In this document: positions 13,220 through 26,621 of the stretch, piece after piece
How positions within the stretch are numbered: position 1 is the first letter of the stretch
How the letters are laid out: each line of letters begins with the position of its first letter
NCBI GenBank assembly: GCA_965112735.1
Contig: OZ218965.1
Coordinates: 558,001-622,000 of the forward strand
Length of the DNA: 64,000 nt
Reading direction: 5' to 3'
Source of the DNA: Phaeosaccion multiseriatum
Taxonomy: Eukaryota; Protista; Ochrophyta, other classes
Position numbers and translations under genes: made by a program
The notes under the pieces: generated by a model
What the model was told of the DNA's origin: nothing
The model's database searches: none
What the model saw: only the letters and a program-made list of their open reading frames with translations

Positions 13220-13710
13220 ATGGTAAGACGGGAGTGTGAGAAGAGAATTTCCCCGAACTACCCCTCCAACAGCTCGCCACCTCTTCCACATCCTCCACAG
13301 GCTTCCTTCCTGCAGGAGGCGGGTCCCGTCTTGACCGCCGAGGAGCAAGCCAGTCTGCTTGAGGACCCCACGCCGCTGCGGATTGTAGCCACTGGAGATG
13401 CGGCAGACAACTACTCTTTCACGCTGGACAAGGCCAACCTCTCTTTCGTCCTGGGCCAGGTCCCCGCGGGCATGGAGGTATCGGTGGTGTCCGTAGTGGG
13501 TGCCTTTAGAACCGGTGCGTAGTATATAACTGGATTTGGATTTGGGCCAACCCTCCTTCCCTTTCTCTGTTCCCTCTTCTGTCTGGTTCTCTTGCCTCTC
13601 ATTCTCTCTTGCCTTATCCCTATCTCTCTTCTCTCTGTCCCTCTACATCTCTCTCTCTCTCTGACGAGAGGTCTGCCTCTTTTCCCTAATTCGTTTCCGC
13701 TACCCTCCTT

Positions 13711-13751
<41 letters not shown>

Positions 13752-16648
13752 CCCTCTCTCTCTCCCTCTCTCTCTCCCTCCCTCTCTCTCTCTCTGGTTC
13801 TCTCTTGCTCACTCTTGCTTTGTCCCTCTATTTTCTGTCTCTCTCTCTTGCTTTACCCCTCTCTGTTCTCTCTCCCTCTCCACCTCTTTATCTGGCGAGA
13901 GGTCTGCCTCCTTTCCCTATTTCGTCTGTTACCCCCCTCTCCTCTATCTTGTTCTCTCTCCACCCTCTTGCTTTATCCCCCTCTCTTCTCTCTGTCTACT
14001 CCACCTCTATCTCTCTAGGCCCGCCTCCTTCCCTTCATTTGTCTCTGTTACCCCCCTTACATTTCTCACTCTTGCTCTGTCTTGTTTTCTCTTGCTCCCT
14101 CTCCATTTTTCTCTATCACTCTCTCTCTCATCTGTCCCTCTCCACCTCTACCTCTCTCTCTCCACCTCTACCTCTTTCTGTCTCTCACAGGAAAAAGCTT
14201 CATTTTGAGTCTCTTTTTGCGCTACTTGAGGCACGCTGGAGATGAAGCAGAGGGTGGAGGGGAGGAGGGGGAGGAGGAGAGCGGCAGCAGCTGGTTGGAG
14301 GCAGACGGGCTGCAGGTAACAGAAGGAAACTGTAATGATACCAATCAGCCCGAGGGGCAGGCACCGTTGAGGATGAAGAGCTTCAAGTGGAGGTGAGGGG
14401 AGAGATCAGACGCAACGAGACAAGTGTTGATGTTGCTCGAGCGATGCGGTATTGGCGCACTTCGAGCAGCAGAATGTGGACAGGACGGCAGCTTTCCTAG
14501 GCGTGAAGATGCTGGTGCAAAGTGTGTTTGCGAGTTGGCATTCTTATCTTCCTGCTTGCTCGCTGTTGCTCTGACGCGCAGGGGGGGGGCGGAGCGCCAA
14601 ACGACGGGCATATGGATGTGGTCGAGGCCGTTTATCAAGACGCTGCCCAACGGGCAGGAGGTGGCTGTTCTAGTGGTGGACACCCAGGGCATGTTTGACA
14701 ACGAGACATCCATGGGCCTCACTGCTTGTATCTTCGGCCTCAGCACTCTCATCTCCAGTCACCAGATCTACAACGTGGAGAAGAGGATACAGGAGGACCA
14801 TTTGCAGCAGGTGAGCGAGGCCCAGGGTGCGCAAGTGACGAAAAAGTTATGGAAGTGGAATGCTTACCCCCCCCCCCCCCCCAACCACGTCTGCCTCATT
14901 TGCTGGTGAGCGCAGCTGGCGCTGTTCAGCGAGTACGGCCGAATGGCCCTCGCTCAGGATGGCGAAGCCCCAAAAAGAAAGAGGAAGCAGCAGAAGAAGC
15001 AGGGGCAAGAGGTAGATACTGCGTCACAGCCAGGGCCAGAGGCAGGCGAAGTGGAGGGGGATGACGAGGAGGCGACGCCCCAAGCGCCCCCATTCCAAAG
15101 AGTAGAGTTCCTCATCCGGGACTGGCAGAACTTTGAGGATGAGGAGGACACCAAGGGCATGCTCAGGGAAATGGGAGGTGAGCTTTCTTTTGGGTTAGGA
15201 AAGGGGCCAATGGGGCCAAGTGGTGATTTCCTTCCCCGCTCATGTCGCGTCTGCTCCTGTCGTGGACTGCAGAGTACTTGGAGGCCGTCATCGGGGAGAG
15301 GGCGGTGAAGGACCTTAGGGAGACACGCGAGCAGATCACGTCATGTTTCGACAAGATTGGCTGCTTTGCGCTCCCGCACCCGGGCTTTGCTGTGACGAAG
15401 AAGAACTTCTCAGGGGACCTGGATAAGATAGAGCCCCTGTTCAAACGGGTGCGTGTCCCCGCCCACTGGCTGCAGACGCCGCTCGTCGCCCTGCCTTACT
15501 CATCGGCCACGCTGTTGTTGTGTTTCTGTCCGGCAGCTGCTGGACGTGTATGTACGCCGGCTCTTTGAGGACGACCTGGAAGCGAAGGTCATTCACGGGC
15601 GGGCAATCACCGCTCCGGAGCTGCAGACTTACATCGTCGCCTATGTCAAACTCTTCCAAGACGGGTAAGGCACCCGCTGACCCAGGGCTTTCCTTCGTCC
15701 GTCCCTGCGCGTCCTGTAACATCAAGCACCCCCTCCCACACGTGATTCTTGTGACCGAACAGGGCGGCCTTCCCGGAGGCGAAGACGATGCTGGAGGCCA
15801 CTGCGGGGGCCAACAACGCAAGCGCCGCACACATGGGTAGCTTAACGTAAGTGCTGCTTTTGGCGCTGTGGCCTGCATGACTTGCCTCAACCCCAGACCC
15901 CCCTACACACTCATCTCTCCTCTCTCGCTCTCTCTCTCTCTCTCCTTCTCTCTCTCGCTTTCTCTCCCTCCCTCTCTCCCTCCCCCCCCCTCCCTCTCTC
16001 CCCTCTCCCTCACTCCCTCCCTCCCTCCGTCTCCCTGCCGGGCATGTGTAGGTACTGCTCGGAGATGGACACGGTGTGCGGGGCGCGCTGCAAGGAGTTC
16101 GTCAGCGCTGAGGTGTTCCTTGAGCGGCACGAACGGAGCAAGGCAGAGGCGCTTGACACCTTCGAGACCATTGCCACCATGGGCAGGGCAGAGGCGGTGG
16201 ACAAGGCCAGGCAGGACATGCTGGCGGCCATCGAGAAGGACAGGGAGAGATACGAGGCTCTCAATTCCGCCAGAAACCCCTTCCAGGTAAAGCCCACTTT
16301 TCTACATAGTATTTATATAACCGGTCGATTGCTACCGACCAGTGCCTTGTCTCTTAAACGGTTGCTTGCCTCTCTTCTCTCCCAATGACACTGCAGAACT
16401 TGGAGTATTACATCATTCCCATGATGATTGCTGCCTCCGCCTTTGTGCTGCGGTGGATCGCCGATGTGACGTGCAGCGGGTGGAGCGACACGTGCAGAGC
16501 CGCCAGCCACACGGCCGGCCACTTGTACATGGGCATCTTCGCCTTTTTGCTCTTGGTGAGCTCCAAAGGCATCATGCTGTTCCTCAGACGACTGCGCGTG
16601 TTCTTCCCCGCTGGTTCCATGCTTGCAGAGAAGCTAAAGACGAGCTGA
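13220..16648 (+). CDS. ATL: Atlastin-like ER-fusion GTPase (GBP/atlastin family), multi-exon
   Basis: P-loop 'VVGAFRTG|KSF', 'TTGIWMWS', 'DTQGMFD', 'FLIRDW', 'CFALPHPG'. Two C-terminal hydrophobic helices and a KxKxx tail (KLKTS*). The first coding exon appears to be ATG only (13220-13222). Confidence 0.9.
13550..14190. repeat. CT-rich low-complexity intron with (CT)n runs
   Basis: Pyrimidine-rich expanded intron ending in 'ctcacag' at 14190. Confidence 0.8.
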
Positions 16649-16780
16649 GGCTGAGGCTGAGGCTGAGGGCGAGCTGCGTTGCGCGAGGCTCTTACTTCCT
16701 TCCAGCAGCAGCAGCAGCGGCACCACCACTAACTCAGGGTGTTATTGTAATGTACATACGATGAAAAGGCCTCTTCCTCC

Positions 16781-17167
16781 TCACATCGGGTAGGGCTCAG
16801 CGTCCTGTGCCTCCTCGTATTTCCGCTTGTTTTCCCTCCAATTCGGGTCCTCGTCGATCCAGTTCTCGTCGAAGGGGTCCTCCTCCTCCTCTTCCTCCTC
16901 CTCGACGTCTTCCTTCTCCGGCATCATGGAGGCCGTGAGCGCATACCGGCGGCGAGGAGCTCTGACCATTACGCCTTGCAGCCCCGGCTCCGGCTCCGGC
17001 CCATCCTCCATTGTCACATCCCCGAAGAGGCGCCTCATCTCCATCATGTTGACGTCTGAGAAATCCTCCACCACGATGTCGGCGATGTTGTAGTCGTACG
17101 CGTGCTCGCTCCCCACGTGCGCAATGACCTTCATGCTCGCTTCGTGGGCCTGAACTCAAACACACAC

Positions 17168-17213
<46 letters not shown>

Positions 17214-18381
17214 GAAAGCAGGCGAGTTTGTCAGCAGTCCCCCATGCTGCTTCTCAGCGCGCAAGCACTCCTCTCCCTCCCCAACAAGGCACCAGCGGCT
17301 CACTCACCTCAATGATGCCACGAATCCTGGAATCAAAGACGCAGCACATCTTTGGGAATCGGCTGATGGTCAAGGCGCCCTTGAGGAACATGGTGCGGTC
17401 CCCGTCGAAGATACTCTCCTTGGACACAATGTGGTGCCGCGGGAAGAACTGGTCAAAGTCCAGGGCGCGAATAACGTGCTCGACGATGGCCCTGGGGAGG
17501 CGAGACACCAAGCTGCAAGCCACATCGTGCTCCTTCAAAGCCTCGAGCCACTGCTGGCACCCCAAGCTCTTTCTGGGTTCGTAGGCCTTGAGGTACTTGG
17601 GGTCATCCATGAGGTCCCAGAAGCGCAGCATGGTCTCCCTTGCCTCCCACTGCTGCTGGTTCCAGCCAAACACCTGCGTCACGGCATCCTCGGGTATCCT
17701 CGTCCCCATTGACGTTCGGACCTCGGCCAGGCTTGGAGGCTCCTCCCCCAGCTCCGCGGCCACGTCACTCCACACAGAGGCGACCAGCCCTTCGTCAACA
17801 TCACAAAGCATATCCAGCTGGAAGATGGTCCCGATGGCTGCCACAGGGTTCAGCGCAAAGCGGTGCTTCTCCAAGTGGTCGGGCGCCATCACCTCGTTGA
17901 TTTCGGTAGCCATGAGGGAAGGCCGCTCCAGCAGAGTCTTTATTCGCAGCTTGCGCCACTGCTGCGCGTGGCTCAGCGGAGTCGTAAACTCCTCTTCATC
18001 GTCATCCTCACCGCTGCGCTCCTCAATCTCCGCCACAACAGGCACCTTATCTGCCGGGTGCCACCTGAGCGAGGTGCTGCCGGCCCCGCTCCGCTTTCGC
18101 TTCGTCGGCGCCTACTTCGAGCACAAGAAACGCAACAAGCAAGCAAAGACTGTAAGCACCAGAGCTGGGTCGAAAAGGACGACCGCCACTCGCAAGGAGC
18201 TATGCCTCCTTTTTCTTTCTGAGAGGGAAATTCCCACTTGAGGTTACCATCGCACCTTTGAAGCAGGCCCCCCACCCACGGAGATCCCTCTCGCTCCTGC
18301 TCCTCCCGCACAAAAAGCAAAAGCCCCTCTCGATCCGAGCGTCGAGCCTGTTAGCAATATCAGTAGCGTTGCTCTCTTCAT
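16781..18381 (-). CDS. Plastid-targeted HAD-superfamily hydrolase (PyrP2/CbbY-like)
   Basis: Leader 'MKRATLLILLTGSTLGSRGAFAF' is a signal peptide + AF motif. Core motifs 'GTIFQLDML..W..VAAELGEEPP', 'CCVFDS..GIIE|AHEASMKVIA..ADIVVEDF'. Motif I is atypical (QLD). Confidence 0.72.
17160..17211. repeat. (CA)n intronic microsatellite
   Basis: Visible ca run. Confidence 0.9.
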
Positions 18382-18661
18382 TTTTTCTTGAACACACCCG
18401 CGGCTTGTCTGCCCCCGTCGCCAGCTCTTTGGGAGGGATGGCAGCAGATGGGTATTTGTTTTTTGAACAACCTCCACCCCCATAATTTCTTTTCTAGTGT
18501 GTCTCTGTCGCGTGTCTGCACGGAGAACACTGTACTGAGTGCAGTTGAGGGCGTGTGCCGCCGCTGAAGCTTCTTTTATGACCGCTTCTGCTGCTGCTCT
18601 TGCTTTGGAGGGACTCTGACAACTGATTTATGATTTAGAGATTTAAAAAAAACAGGGAGAG

Positions 18662-21600
18662 ATGGCGGCGGCTCATGTGAAGAGTCTCGGGGGGAGTGAG
18701 TACAAAGCCGGGATGATCACGAAGGTGTCGATGAAGAACTTCTTGACGTACGCCGACGTGAGCTTCAGCGTGGGGCCCCGCCTGAATGTCGTGTTGGGCC
18801 CCAATGGCAGCGGCAAGTCCTCGATTGTGTGCGCCCTCGCGTTGGGGTTGGGCGGGGAGCCCAAGGTGCTGGGCCGCTCAAAAACCTTGGGAGACTTTGT
18901 CATGCGAGGGCAGATGGAGGCTAGCGTGGAGGTGACCATCCTCGACAAGGGCTTGAAGCCGATTAAGCTGTTTCGGACGTTCAAAGCGGGGAGCAACAGC
19001 AGGACCAGCACGTGGAAGATGAACGGCAGACCGACCACGCACAACGCAGTCAAGACGCTGACTGCGGACCTGGGTATTCAGGTGGGGAACCTGTGCACCT
19101 TCTTACCGCAGGATAAAGTGGGGGACTTTAGCGGCTTTTCTTCCGAGGAGCTGCTCTTGGAAACGCAGAAGGCGATTTCCACCTCCTCCCTCCACGCCGA
19201 GCACGAAAAGCTCAAGGAGATGCAAAAGACGGTGGGGGAAAGCGCCGAGCAGGTCAGTCAAGTGTGCTGCAGCAAGAGGATGTGGGGGGAGAGTCGATCG
19301 AAAGAAGGAATGGCTCCGTGCATGTAGCCCCGGTTCATTCACCCCCGCCTCCCCACCCCCTCCTTAACGCAACCAAACTCTTCAGGTGACGGCCATCGGA
19401 GCCAAGCTGAAAAACGAGAAGGAGCTGATGCAGCGCATGGAGGCGGATGTGACGGCAATGCGGGAGAGGGAGAAGAACAAGGAGGACCTCAAGCTTCTGG
19501 AGATTCGCAAGGGGTGGCTGGACGTGCATGCCAAGGTTGAGAAGGCCAGAGAAGCCTGGGCTGTGTGTGGTCAGACCGAAAGAGCTGAGGCCGCGGCCCA
19601 GCAGGAGCACCAGCCACTGGTGGTGCTCGTGGCTGACTGGAAGAAGGAAGTCGATGCAAAGAGGGGAGGGAGGGAGAAGGCCAAAGCGGCCGAAGCGGCG
19701 CACGGGCAGAACTTGGCATATCTCGAAGAAGCGGTAGACAATGCCAAAGGTTTGGGAGAACGTGCAGTGAGCAACCTTGCCAACGCTGCCACCCGCCTCA
19801 AGAAGAAAGAGGACAAGGTGACGGATTTGAAAGCCACGGTGCAGGAGCAAAAGGCCGAGATTGCCTTGAGAGGCAACGACGAGGCCATCCAACAAGCGTT
19901 GAAGCGACTGGAGGTGCCACTGAAAGAGGCCCAGGAGGAGTGTGCGCTATTTTCGGACGAAAGGGATGAAAAGCAGGCGAAGCTTCGGGACATCCAAACG
20001 ACAATCAAGGGGGAGGAGGCCCGGCTCCTCAACTTGAAGAACCTCACCAACCGAAAGGCTCGTGCGCTCGCGGAAAAGATTCGCAACGGCAACCACGCGA
20101 TGAGTGTACTGGCGTGGCTTGATGGCAATAGGGGACTCTTTGAGAAGCATGTGCACGGCCCTATTGCGCTGGAGGTGTCTGTATCCAACAAGGAGCTGTG
20201 TGCTCCCATCGAAGCGCACATCCCCCAAAACCGATGGACCACCTTTGTGACAGAGTGCATGGCCGACCACGACAAGCTGGTGGAGGAGCTGAGCAAGATG
20301 AAGATCAACATGGATGTGGTGAACATCGAAGGAGGCGGCGTCTGCAGGGGCGACAAGCGCCGCTACACGACCCAGCAGATGGCCTCTTTCCAGCAGTCCG
20401 GCGGCGTGCACGGCCTTATCGACGACTTTCTCGTGTGCAGCGACACCGTCCGGCAGGCGCTCTGGGATCACACGGGCGTGCAGAACGTGCTCCTTGGCTC
20501 TGCCGCAACCAAAGACGCCATGGCAAGGGATGAGAGCTTTGCGAACATCATCACTGGGCAGAGAGGCTCCACAATCTACCTGCCCATGGCGGACGGAAGG
20601 GGCGGCCGGGGGGGGCGCCAGGGAAATGGTGTGCAGTGGGAGTGCAGCAAGAGCGTCCCCTCTCGATACTCGCGAGACATCTCCGCGCGGAACTATGAGG
20701 TATGGTCATTGATTAGCATACCTTTGTGATGGTTTTTGGTTGGGGAGAGGAGGGGCCTTATCCACCACTTGCTCTCTCCTTCCTCTGCCACCCCACACCC
20801 CTAACCCCATGCATTGTGGTGCACCGCAGGTGTCTGGCAACGACCTTCTGAGTCACGCAAGTGCGGACGAGGCCGCGATCAAGGTGCAAGAGGACAAGTT
20901 AGTGGAGCTCAACGAAGCACTGTCGGGCCTCGAAAGCGAGGTCATGGAGCTGGAGGGGAAGGTGACGCAGGCAGAGGCAAAGAAGAAAAATGTGAACAAC
21001 GAGAGGCGAGCAAAGCTTGCCGAACTTGACGATGTAAAGAGGCTGAGAATGAAGGTATCGGCCGCGATGGGCAAGTTGAAAGCTGCCGAGAAGGCGTTGA
21101 CTGCCGAGAAGGAGGGCGCCCTTCAGAGCCGGCTGACCCAGGACCTGTCCAAGGCCGTGGTGGATACGTCGAACACCATCCGATCCATGCAGGAGACTCA
21201 GGAGAAGCTCATCAGGGCGCAGCTCAAGGTACGTACGTTCCTCCGCCCATGCGGTGCAACCGGTGTGTACATTTGTGTACATGTGTGTCCATGTGTGTTG
21301 GTTTGTATGGTCTTTTTCTTCTTCCCCGGGGCCAAATGGAAAACCAACACCCCAACCTACGCACCGCACCGCACAATGCTCTCCCTCCCGCAGACGCTCG
21401 GGGCCAACATGTCCTTCTCTTACGCCAAGAGCGCTTACGATCGAAGCGTGGACAAGCTCAGGGTGGCCGAGACTGAGCAGAAGGGACTCAGGGATGCAAC
21501 TGCGGACGCGAAGCGACGCTACCAGGAGCTGCGCAAGGAGGCCAAGGAGGCCAACAAAAAGGTGTCGCAGCACAAGCTGTACTTCGACAAGCAGCAGAAC

Positions 21601-22757
21601 GAGCCCACCCCCCTGAAGCTGCTGCTGGACGAGCTGCCCGACAAGGTGGAGTGCGTGGAAGTGCGCATCGAGAACTTGCAGCAGCTGCTGGACTCCGTGG
21701 AGCACAACCCCGAGGCCATCCGCCAGTACGAGGAGAGGGAGGTGCTGGTGAAGGACCTGGAGAAGCAGCTCGAAGGCTTGTCCTCCAACAAGAAGGCACT
21801 GGACAAGGAGAAGACCGACCTGAGCCTGAAGTGGGTGCAGGGCCTGTTGCCCATCGTGGACAAGCTCAACAAGAGCTTCACAGAGTACATGAGTGACATG
21901 GGCTGCGAAGGTAAGAACCTTCTTCCATCCCTTCCTTTGTGTGTGTTTCACTCTCAAGACCCTAATCCGCCTTTCCTGCGTGCCCCCTTTCACAGGCTGC
22001 TCGGTGCGCCTCAAGCCCGTCGGCGAAGGAGACCACCCCCCCACAGGGGCGGAGGAGCTGGACGACTACCCCAGGTGAGATTCATTTGAGAAGAGCGCGA
22101 AGCGCACTGTGCCACGTACCCTTCCTCAAACTCCACCCGCCCTCCCTTTGGCCTTTGTCCTGTGTGCAGGAGGTTCGAGGAGTGGGGCATGGAGATCTTG
22201 GTGCGCTTCCGTGCCGACGCCGACCTGTCTGTGCTGAGCCAGCACGTGCACTCGGGCGGAGAGCGCAGCGTGAGCACTATCCTGTTCCTCATGGCCCTGC
22301 AGGACCTTCAGCACAGCCCCTTCCGAGTGGTGGACGAGGTGAGAGGGCTTGCCGGGGCGGGTGTGAGGGGCGTCGTCATGGGAAAGGGAAGCGGAGCCTT
22401 GCTCCTCCTGCGTATACGACAAGTGCGCGCACACGTTCTCACCCCTCCTCAACCCCCCTCTCCTCACAGATCAACCAGGGTATGGACCCGAAGAACGAGA
22501 GGCTCGTCTTCAGCCGCATCGTGGAGAACTCCTGCGGGCCGGACAAGCCGCAGTACTTCCTCATCACCCCGAAGCTGCTGCAGGGCCTCGTGGCCATGGA
22601 GAAGAAAGACGTGACCATCCTCACAGTGTTCAACGGGCCGTGGAGTGTCGATTCCAGCCAGGCGTTCGAGACCATGCAAGTCATCAAGCGCAAGCTCGAC
22701 GCAGCGGCGGGTGGGGGTGGTGACAGCAGCAGTAGCAAACGGGCGAAAGCGACGTAG
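18662..22757 (+). CDS. SMC5: Structural maintenance of chromosomes protein 5
   Basis: 'NFLTY', Walker A 'GPNGSGKSSIVCAL', 'NLCTFLPQDKV', coiled coils and hinge, signature 'HSGGERSVST', Walker B 'PFRVVDE|INQGMD', 'QYFLITPKLL'. Confidence 0.96.
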
Positions 22758-22921
22758 ACGTGCCTTCTGTTCTACGTAGTACAAGATACATACATGGCAA
22801 AGGAGAGGGGAGAGAGAGTTTTCCGGAACGTAGTTTCATTGTTTTTACATTTTGCTGTCGGTGCGCTTCCTTCCTAAAGGCCCTCCGTCTCCCGCCCGAC
22901 CTCATACTTGTGTCCATGCGC

Positions 22922-23605
22922 TTATCTGGGGGGCATGCCCTTGGTCTGCGGGGTGGGAGGGTGAAGGATAAGGTATAGAAAACGATGAGTGAGTGCGACA
23001 GCTCGCCATGCGACGCTGAGTTACACTGCGCGCGTACCTGGAAAGCGGCGTAATCCTTGTTGGCAGCCTTCCACTCCGCGGTAAGCGTTCGAGGCTCTGG
23101 AATTCAGTGCAGAGCGAGAGGGGAGAGAAAAACGGGGTGAGTAAGCACAAACAACCCCCTGCTGGACTGCAACGATACCAAGCACTCTCTCGTGTACTCA
23201 CTCTCGTCCTGGTGGGTGGTGATCACGTAGATGGGGTAGGTGAGCACCACAGTCACAGCATCTGCAGAGGTGGAAAGAAGCAGACGAAAAAAAAAAGGCG
23301 TAAGTTCGCACTGCGAGAACGGTTTCGTGATACGCCGCGGAGGCGAGCAGCGCAGTAGGCTCTCTACATCCGAGGGACACCGCAAGAACGCCCCACAGCA
23401 AGCCGACGTCTGCACGCTCGCGGAACTCACAATATAAGGTCCACGCCTGCAGGGTCGGCATTTTGTGCAATTTCTCGAGCGTCACGTCGAGAAGCCCTTC
23501 AGCCGGGGGCGCTCCGCTGGTGCTGCTCGCATAGCGGGGGCGCGCCCTGCTCATAGACGCGGCGGCGCCTCTCTGGAGCGATCGTGCGGCGGCTAGGAAG
23601 GACAT
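22922..23605 (-). CDS. Small mitochondrial single-TM protein, putative cytochrome c oxidase subunit 4 (COX4/yeast Cox5)-like
   Basis: Arg/Ser/Ala-rich presequence 'MSFLAAARSLQRG..'. Spliced product '..AWTLY|YAVTVVLTYPIYVITTHQDE|KPRTLTAEWKAANKDYAAFQ|..' has a TM helix followed by P-x-T-x-x-x-E-W, as in COX4. The last exon is uncertain. Confidence 0.5.
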
Positions 23606-23808
23606 GCTCTCTCTCTTGGCTATTCAACCTCTGTCTTCAGGAGAAAATGTGGAGCAGCGTAAGGTTACATAAGGGAATGAGGTGCCATCGAAAGTTTACG
23701 GTTTTAGCTCGTTAGTCCTGTCTTCGGCTTTGTGAAAATGACCAACGGCCAAAGTAGCAGGCTTCAAGCTTCTTTGGCGAACACGTAATAGAGCACGGAG
23801 AAGAAAGG

Positions 23809-25846
23809 ATGTCCGTCATGTCCGCGTGCTTAGGATTGAGTGATCCCCTCTACCGCATGCGGCTCGGCTTGTCCGAGGCGAGGAAGCTCCTCGATGCGAA
23901 CCCGTGCAGCAGCCCACAGCAGCAGCAGCTATGGGAGGACACAGCGGGAGGAGCAGCAGCAGCAGAATCCATGAGCCTGTGGAAGCTCCGCCGGGCCCTT
24001 CGATGCGCTGGGGCGCCCACCAAGGGCATGAAGGCCGAGCTCGTCGCACGCCTGTCAGCTGTACGAGAGGCAAACCCTGTCGTTGCCTCGGCCGGGTCGA
24101 AGCGTAAGGCCCAAGAGTACGTCGGCAGTAGCAGAGGGGGTAGTAAACCTCACCCCATCAGCCGCCCTGCGAGTCCTCTGAGGCCCACCCCGAGCGTGGT
24201 AGTGGAGGCGGGGCAGGCAAAGCTGGCTGCAAAGACTCTGACAGGAGCCGGAGGAGGGGCGGAGAAAGCACCTGCGCTCAAGGCGTCGACGCCAAAGAGT
24301 AAGGCCACACCGTCCAAGCCCGGTGCTTCAGCTGTGGAGAAATCTGTGGGTCCCGCGTTTCGGCAGGGGGGGGTGCAGGCACAGGTGGCGCCGCCAGTCA
24401 ACCTTGAGAAGGCGGCATCTGCGGCCGTCGCCCCAAAGGCTACCGCGCTTTCGCAGAAGCGGGGGGCCGCTGCTACTGCAGCGGCTGGAGCCCAGCACGG
24501 TAAAGCCTCAGCAGCAGCGCCGGGCTGGGCAAGATCAGTAGGCGCGTCTTCTGCGGGCGCCTTTTCCACAAAGAATCCTCTGGTGTTTGGAGTCGGGAAT
24601 GGCCAGACCTCAGGCAAAGCAGCGCCGGGGAAGAGGGGGGTAAGACCGCCCGTGGAAAAGTCGTCCCGGGTTAGAGCGCTGGTGTCGAATCTGGAGACTG
24701 CCACCGCCAAGACTGGCAAGAATGTGGGAGCGGGAGTGGGAGTGGGAGTGGGAGTGGGAGGGGGAGGGGGAGGGGGAGGGGGAGCGGGAGGGGGAGTGGG
24801 AGTGGGAGGGGGAGTGGGAGGGGGAGCGGGAGGGGGAGTGGGAGTGGGAGCGGGAGCGGGAGGGACGCCGGCGCCGGTAGAGCCGGATGTTCCGCCCCCC
24901 CCCCCACCAACCTCCTCGGACACGAACAAGAAGATTATGGAGAAGAGACAAGAGATTGAGGACCGCTTCCGAAAGGAGCGAGAGGCACAAGCGTCGGCCG
25001 CAGAGAAGGCCGCTGCTCCGGCCGTTGAAGTGGTCGAGTGCCCACCTGAGCGCGCGGAGGACTGTGTCCCAGCGTCCCCTCAGGAAGCTGCCCCAACGCA
25101 GGCTGTGCTGCAGCCCATCACGGAGGCGGTGAAGAAGCCCGCCATTGAGAAGCCCCACGTCAAGCCCACACCAAAGGAGGCTGCGCCCAAGCCTGCCCCT
25201 GAGCCGGTGCCGGTGGCGGCGGCGGCGGCGGCGCCAGAGGGGGGAGAGAACAACGACGTGACAATGTCTCAGGTAAGGTTTGGCATGTATTGACGTGTGT
25301 TATCGTCCACCCAGGCGAGGAGGAGCCTCCTGGAGATGGACTGACGCATGATGCGCTCCTGTCTTGTCCCCTCTTCCCCCTGCGCTGCCCCGTTGGCTTG
25401 ACACTGGGCAGATCCCGGCGTGGGCGCGGAAGCGCAACTTCCCTGCGCTCCTCGAGAAGCAGTTTGGGGGCCGCAACCCCGTCAACCCGGACACCATCTT
25501 CCCTTCCTTCTCGCAGACGTGCGATCTGTCCGTCATTTTCGGGGACAAGAAAAAGTAAGAGGAAGCTCTTGCTGTCTCTCGCGCCACGCGTTTGCTGCAT
25601 CTGTCACCCGTGCTGTGCCCTGCTACTCCCTGGTGTCTGCTTGTCGTGTGCCCAACTCGTGCCATACGGCTCCCACTTGCTGACCTCAGCTGTGAATACA
25701 CTCTCCGTCTCACCCCCAGGTACAACAAGCCGCGCAACGACACTGGCGACTGGGGACACGCGGGAGACAACGGCACGGGCCATCCCATCCCGGTGGGGGA
25801 GAGGCGCGCCTACGACATGTCCATGGGGTACATCTCGAATTTGTAA
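23809..25846 (+). CDS. INCENP: INCENP-like chromosomal passenger protein with N-terminal SAP domain and C-terminal IN-box
   Basis: SAP-like 'LRRALRCAGAPTKGMKAELVARL'. IN-box-like 'IPAWA..LLEKQ..NPDTIFP..TCDLSVIFG..|RYNKPRNDTGDW..ERRAYDMSMGY'. Confidence 0.7.
24725..24862. repeat. Hexamer (GGGAG[T/C/G])n coding repeat (GV/GG/GA)
   Basis: Visible tandem hexamers within the INCENP-like ORF. Confidence 0.85.
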
Positions 25847-25999
25847 CGGGCGTAGCAGGTGTAGCAGATGTGAGTGGGCGACGCGGCTATTCTCACGGCA
25901 ACGCGTCGCTTCGTAGATGGCAAAGGCCCGGAGCAGCTCTGCAAGTAGTGGTCACGTGTATGTCCTGCCTTGCGGAGGGGGTTACACCCCTCACCAGGC

Positions 26000-26587
26000 C
26001 CTAACTTGTGCTGGGCTAGACTCTTCACCGCAGCTTGGAGAAGGACTGATTGAGGAGGACCGAGTAGGAGCTGCTGGCGTCCACCTGCCCCTGTCGCTTG
26101 TTGGAGGCTGCCCTGGTCCACAGCGGAAGCATCTGCGAGAGAGGAGGAGGCATGTAGCAGTACAGTAAATAAAAAGGCAAGCACATACAAAAATTACCCC
26201 AACCAAAGTGTTTCCGCCCGCCACGGCCCTCTCACCGTGGGTCGGGCACACTTTGCCGAAATATCCTCCTTGACTTTGTTGAGGATGCGTGCTGCCGCAA
26301 CGCTCTTCTCGGCCCCATCGTCCACGGCTCCGCTCGCGATGCCTCCGGGGATGGGGATGACAGCGGGGGTGGAGATGCTGTCGTCGTGCTGGCCGCGGCG
26401 AATGAGGTCCTGCAGCCCCGCGTTCTCGAAGCTCTTCAGCAGCATCCGCTTCCTGTGCACGTCTCTTCTCTGCACGGACTTGTTGGACATTGTGGCCTCT
26501 TGCGGCAAGAGCTGCTGCGCCTGCCCTGCCCCTGAGGCGCGCTTTCCCGCCTTCGAGGAGCGCTTCCCCGAACGGTGCGAGGCCACA

Positions 26588-26621
<34 letters not shown>

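Noticed and set aside
13411-14245. Leu/Ser-rich and Arg/Glu-rich ORFs
   Set aside because: They are translations of the CT-rich atlastin intron.
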